From Tubiluchus corallicola (Eukaryota > Animalia > Priapulida): DNA of 44,443 nucleotides. A program made the translations under genes and the position numbers. The stretch spans positions 1 through 44,443 of the forward strand of contig JAQGDQ010001361.1 of assembly GCA_030141605.1 (NCBI GenBank), given 5' to 3'. Of this stretch, positions 38,051 to 44,443 are shown one piece after another. The first letter of the stretch is position 1; the number at the start of each line of letters is the position of its first letter. The notes under the pieces were generated by a model. The model was not told the origin of the DNA, did no database searches, and worked only from the letters and a program-made list of their open reading frames with translations.

Positions 38051-39488
38051 TTTGATTAATTATTACCATATAAGGATGTAAGAACCTGCACTGCAGACGA
38101 GCACGAACACGTTGATTAATTATTACCGTATAAGGATGAAAGAACCCGCACTACAGACAAGCACGAACACGTTGATTAATTATTACCATATAAGGATGTA
38201 TGAACCTGCACTGCAGACGAGCACGAACGCGTTGATTAATTATTACCGTATAAGGATGTAAGAACCTGCACTACAGACGAGCACGAACACGTTGATTAAT
38301 TATTACCGTATAAGGATGTAAGAACCTGCACTGCAGACGAGCACGAACACGTTGATTAATTATTACCGTATAAGGATGTAAGAACCTGCACTACAGACGA
38401 GCACGAACACGTTGATTAATTATTACCGTATAAGGATGTAAGAACCTGCACTGCAGACGAGCACGAACACGTTGATTAATTATTACCGTATAAGGATGTA
38501 AGAACCCGCACTGCAGACGAGCACGAACACGTTGATTAATTATTACCGTATAAGGATATAAGAACCCGCACTGCAGACGAGCACGAACACGTTGATTAAT
38601 TATTACCGTATAAGGATGTAAGAACCCGCACTGCAGACGAGCACGAACACGTTGATTAATTATTAGCGTATAAGGATATAAGAACCCGCACTGCAGACGA
38701 GCACGAACACGTTGATTAATTATTAGCGTATAAGGATGTAAGAACCCGCACTGCAGACGAGCACGAACACGTTGATTAATTATTACCATATAAGGATGTA
38801 AGAACCCGCACTACAGACGAGCACAAACACGTTGATTAATTATTACCGTATAAGGATGTATGAACCTGCACTGCAGACGAGCACGAACACGTTGATTAAT
38901 TATTACCATATAAGGATGTAAGAACCCGCACTGCAGACGAGCACGAACACGTTGATTAATTATTACCGTATAAGGATGTAAGAACCTGCACTGCAGACGA
39001 GCACGAACACGTTGATTAATTATTACCGTATAAGGATGTAAGAACCTGCACTGCAGACGAGCACGAACACGTTGATTAATTATTACCGTATAAGGATATA
39101 AGAACCTGCACTGCAGACGAGTACGTTGATTAATTATTACCGTATAAGGATGTAAGAACCTGCACTGCAGACGAGCACGAACACGTTGATTAATTATTAC
39201 CGTATAAGGATGTATGAACCTGCACTGCAGACGAGTACGTTGATTAATTATTACCGTATAAGGATGTAAGAACCTGCACTGCAGACGAGCACAAACACGT
39301 TGATTAATTATTACCGTATAAGGATGTAAGAACCCGCACTGCAGACGAGCATGAACACGTTGATTAATTATTACCGTATAAGGATGTAAGAACCCGCACT
39401 GCAGAGGAGTACGAACACGTTGATTAATTATTACCGTATAAGGATGTAAGAACCCGCACTGCAGACGAGCACAAACACGTTGATTAAC
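38051..39488. repeat. Minisatellite, 60-bp unit, ~24 copies, derived from the end of the DEG/ENaC coding exon
   Basis: TTGATTAATTATTACCGTATAAGGATGTAAGAACCTGCACTGCAGACGAGCACGAACACG; two 54-bp variants. Confidence 0.97.
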
Positions 39489-39574
39489 AATATCACCACT
39501 TCTACAGCAAAGAGGGCAGAGGCGCCCATGAAGAAACGAAACAACCCTCCCATGTTTGCGACAAATTCCACGTC
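39431..39574 (-). CDS. DEG/ENaC/ASIC-family channel, terminal exon (TM2 with GAS motif); could be pseudogenic
   Basis: Pyrimidine tract plus ttgcag acceptor, then DVEFVANMGGLFRFFMGASALFAVEVVILLINVFVLVCSAGSYILIR*. Matches the family TM2 pattern GGxxGLFxGASxxxxxE except at the central GL. Not in the ORF track. Confidence 0.8.
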   Translation of the reverse strand, partial: DVEFVANMGGLFRFFMGASALFAVEVVILLINVFVLVCSAGSYILIR

Positions 39575-39976
39575 CTGCAAGCATCAAAATAAGAATTGAG
39601 AGGAAGCAACGCAAGCCTAAAATAAATCTTTTGCTTCTTAATCGTTTTCGTAAACTAACAGTTCCACGGTACCTATACACGTATCGTCACTAATAATAAA
39701 ACAAGAAATAAAATCGATTTCATTTTCATTGTATAAAGAACCAAAAACTTACACAAATTCACAAACACGATACTGGATGTAGTAATCAGACTCTAAATTA
39801 ATTAGTTCATGAGTCATACGCCGTGCTAACAGTTCTTACTCTCACTTAATTGTATCTATTCACATTGCTTACTAATCTTGTTAATTAATGTTATCTTGCT
39901 TGTCGATATGTTTGTTTATTTGATGTGATTCACATTATATTACTGCGCAAGTAAAAACAAACTAAATTTCACTTAC

Positions 39977-40046
39977 TTCCATCACAGGTTTTTCAACCAC
40001 TTTCACGTGTTCGAGAGACGGAAAGTAAACTCTCACGCTTGCTAAT
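39977..40046 (-). CDS. DEG/ENaC/ASIC-family channel, pre-TM2 exon (beta11-beta12)
   Basis: tttag|A TTA GCA...GAA|GTAAGT encodes LASVRVYFPSLEHVKVVEKPVME, matching the pattern LxxLxIYFxxLxYxxIxExP; phase 0 donor joins the TM2 exon in frame. Confidence 0.8.
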
Positions 40047-40153
40047 CTAAACAATAAACAAACACAAACAAGTTTTATATCATAGTACGAAAAAGTAAAC
40101 ATGATATCGATTAACATTGTTCCGGGGTTCGACCCGGTAGATCACCTTACGGC

Positions 40154-42977
40154 CAGGGGCGTCGTGCACCAAAAAAAATTGGGGGGCCCGACTGTATATA
40201 ATGGCGGAACTTAACTGTTTAAAAAACGTATAATTTTGAAAAAAATAAACAGTATTTTGCGTGCAAGAAAAACGATTTATTTATTCCCAACTGGCATTTA
40301 ACTTAAAGCTATAGCAACGGAATCTTAATTAAAATTAAAAATTAAATTAAAATTTAATTAAGTATTTATTAGCTGTCAGGAATCCAAAGATTCGATGAAA
40401 AGACGACTACCAAAACATATGTACCTTTAACTTAATATTTTTAATAATTACTAAACTTTTTATTCCAAGGCAAGAGGAAGATATTGAACAAACAACAAAC
40501 ATTATTTTTAAATGATTCAGCAGCACAAGTCAAAGTCAACAACATAACATGAATACATTACAGGATGACTATAGGTGTATAGTACAAAAGCAATGACAGG
40601 TATTACACCAAGATAAAGCGAAGAGGTTAAAGCGTAAATGATGAAATGTGCTCAAAATCACGCCCTTTTATGCAGCAAACTCGTGGGAAAGAGTCACTAA
40701 GGAGTAGCAAAGATTCGGTAATGTCCAATCACGAGGTGGCTGAGCCATGGCTCATCAATTGGTATCTCCCAAACTGACTCTCTGGTACTAGGCTAGCTGG
40801 ACAAACCGACTCTCTGGTACTAGGCTAGCTCGACAAACTGACTCTCTGGTACTAGGCTAGCTGGACAAACTGACTCTCTGGTACTAGGCTAGCTGGACAA
40901 ACTGACTCTCTGGTACTAGGCTAGCTGGACAAACTGACTCTCTGGTACTAGGCTAGCTGGACAAACCGACTCTCTGGTACTAGGCTAGCTGGACAAACTG
41001 ACTCTCTGGTACTAGGCTAGCTGGACAAACTGACTCTCTGGTACTAGGCTAGCTGGACAAACTGACTCTCTGGTACTAGGCTAGCTGGACAAACCGACTC
41101 TCTGGTACTAGGCTAGCTGGACAAACTGACTCTCTGGTACTAGGCTAGCTGGACAAACTGACTCTCTGGTACTAGGCTAGCTGGACAAACTGACTCTCTG
41201 GTACTAGGCTAGCTGGACAAACTGACTCTCTGGTACTAGGCTAGCTCGACAAACCGACTCTCTGGTACTAGGCTAGCTCGACAAACCGACTCTCTGGTAC
41301 TAGGCTAGCTGGACAAACTGACTCTCTGGTACTAGGCTAGCTGGACAAACTGACTCTGGTACTAGGCTAGCTGGACAAACTGACTCTCTGGTACTAGGCT
41401 AGCTGGACAAACTGACTCTCTGGTACTAGGCTAGCTGGACAAACTGACTCTCTGGTACTAGGCTAGCTGGACAAACTGACTCTCTGGTACTAGGCTAGCT
41501 GGACAAACTGACTCTCTGGTACTAGGCTAGCTGGACAAACTGACTCTCTGGTACTAGGCTAGCTGGACAAACTGACTCTCTGGTACTAGGCTAGCTGGAC
41601 AAACTGACTCTCTGGTACTAGGCTAGCTGGACAAACTGACTCTCTGGTACTAGGCTAGCTGGACAAACTGACTCTCTGGTACTAGGCTAGCTGGACAAAC
41701 TGACTCTCTGGTACTAGGCTAGCTGGACAAACTGACTCTCTGGTACTAGGCTAGCTGGACAAACTGACTCTCTGGTACTAGGCTAGCTGGACAAACTGAC
41801 TCTCTGGTACTAGGCTAGCTCGACAAACCGACTCTCTGGTACTAGGCTAGCTGGACAAACCGACTCTCTGGTACTAGGCTAGCTCGACAAACCGACTCTC
41901 TGGTACTAGGCTAGCTGGACAAACTGACTTTCTGGTACTAGGCTAGCTGGACAAACTGACTCTGGTACTAGGCTAGCTGGACAAACTGACTCTCTGGTAC
42001 TAGGCTAGCTGGACAAACCGACTCTCTGGTACTAGGCTAGCTGGACAAACCGACTCTCTGGTACTAGGCTAGCTGGACAAACTGACTCTCTGGTACTAGG
42101 CTAGCTGGACAAACTGACTCTCTGGTACTAGGCTAGCTGGACAAACTGACTCTCTGGTACTAGGCTAGCTGGACAAACTGACTCTCTGGTACTAGGCTAG
42201 CTGGACAAACTGACTCTCTGGTACTAGGCTAGCTGGACAAACTGACTCTCTGGTACTAGGCTAGCTGGACAAACTGACTCTCTGGTACTAGGCTAGCTGG
42301 ACAAACTGACTCTCTGGTACTAGGCTAGCTGGACAAACTGACTCTCTGGTACTAGGCTAGCTGGACAAACTGACTCTGGTACTAGGCTAGCTCGACAAAC
42401 TGACTCTCTGGTACTAGGCTAGCTGGACAAACCGACTCTCTGGTACTAGGCTAGCTGGACAAACTGACTCTGGTACTAGGCTAGCTGGACAAACCGACTC
42501 TCTGGTACTAGGCTAGCTGGACAAACTGACTCTCTGGTACTAGGCTAGCTGGACAAACTGACTCTCTGGTACTAGGCTAGCTCAACATGACTTCAATGTT
42601 TGCATTGTTTTTGCTCTATTATTTCATTTATTCTCTATTATAACACACTGCTGAACTAAGCTCGAGTGCTAACTGAGCCGTTTTGTTAACTAACAGTCTT
42701 TTGTGCAAAGACGCTAATGCTACTCAACGAGCTGCTTTGTTAACTGTTCCTGCCTGCCTCCTGAATAGATTACATGCAAACAAATTAACTACATCCTGAC
42801 TTTCAGGTAAACACATACTCATGCTCATACTGTTCGCATTTATGGAGCGCTGGCCGCGTGTCAAAAAGTCGGAAATAAATTTGCTTACCGGTCTCATTAC
42901 GAGCCGCTGACACCCTTCAAATTTTTGACATTTTCTAAAAAAATTGGGGGGGGGGCCCCTATGGCACGACGCCACTG
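40154..42977. mobile_element. Non-autonomous hAT-like element carrying a 1.8-kb tandem array
   Basis: TIR CAGGGGCGTCGTGC / GCACGACGCCACTG; TSD ct(t/c)acggc at 40146-40153 and 42978-42985. Confidence 0.87.
40770..42583. repeat. Minisatellite, 32-bp unit, ~57 copies
   Basis: CAAACTGACTCTCTGGTACTAGGCTAGCTGGA, highly homogeneous. Confidence 0.98.
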
Positions 42978-43142
42978 CTCACGGCCCGCCATTGGTGATG
43001 AGGGTAAGCGCTGCATAACGGACACTCCAGAAATTTAAACAAAAAGAAACAATAAACCCAAAACTTAGAATTCAAAAGGGACGGCTGAGAAGAACAACAC
43101 AATAGAAAACAAAAGCTGATGACAATGTTTCAAACCTTACGG

Positions 43143-44379
<1,237 letters not shown>

Positions 44380-44385
44380 CCTTAC

Positions 44386-44443
44386 GGAATCCACGACACT
44401 CGGGCAGGCAGACAGGAGAAGTGCATTCCACGACAACCAGAAG
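44386..44443 (-). CDS. DEG/ENaC-family channel, partial Cys-rich (thumb) exon cut by the window edge
   Basis: LLVVVECTSPVCLPECRGF resembles the last C..CxPxC of the thumb domain; followed by C|GTAAGG. Confidence 0.55.

Noticed and set aside
38391-39680. ORFs of 289 aa and 132 aa with a 20-aa repeat
   Set aside because: They result from a 60-bp unit lacking stops in that frame, are broken by sporadic TAG variants, and the recognisable protein is in another frame.
40770-42583. CRISPR-like array (32-bp repeats); same question for the 26-, 31- and 47-bp arrays
   Set aside because: The units are head-to-tail with no unique spacers, there are no cas genes, and the context is eukaryotic.

Overview
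AT-rich animal (probably invertebrate) nuclear DNA with spliced genes; it is not prokaryotic, and I see no CRISPR arrays or operons. I reconstructed three genes by hand. (1) LYAR, a nucleolar C2HC zinc-finger protein: minus strand, 7 coding exons 17851..3000, about 679 aa, with a greatly expanded K/E-rich repetitive middle. (2) SLC25A46, a mitochondrial carrier-like protein: plus strand, 9 coding exons 19043..33694, about 380 aa, head-to-head with LYAR. (3) The 3' end of a DEG/ENaC/ASIC-type channel gene or pseudogene on the minus strand, which the ORF track misses; its last codons plus stop are amplified into a 60-bp tandem array. Introns and UTRs are full of mobile DNA: a 5S-rRNA-headed SINE with an RTE-like body (4 copies), a tRNA-headed Meta-domain-like SINE (3 copies), an internally deleted RTE LINE, hAT and pogo/Tc1 MITEs with recoverable target-site duplications, a solo LTR with clustered heat-shock elements, and many minisatellites. 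All coordinates were read by eye. Family names come from recalled motifs, not database searches.
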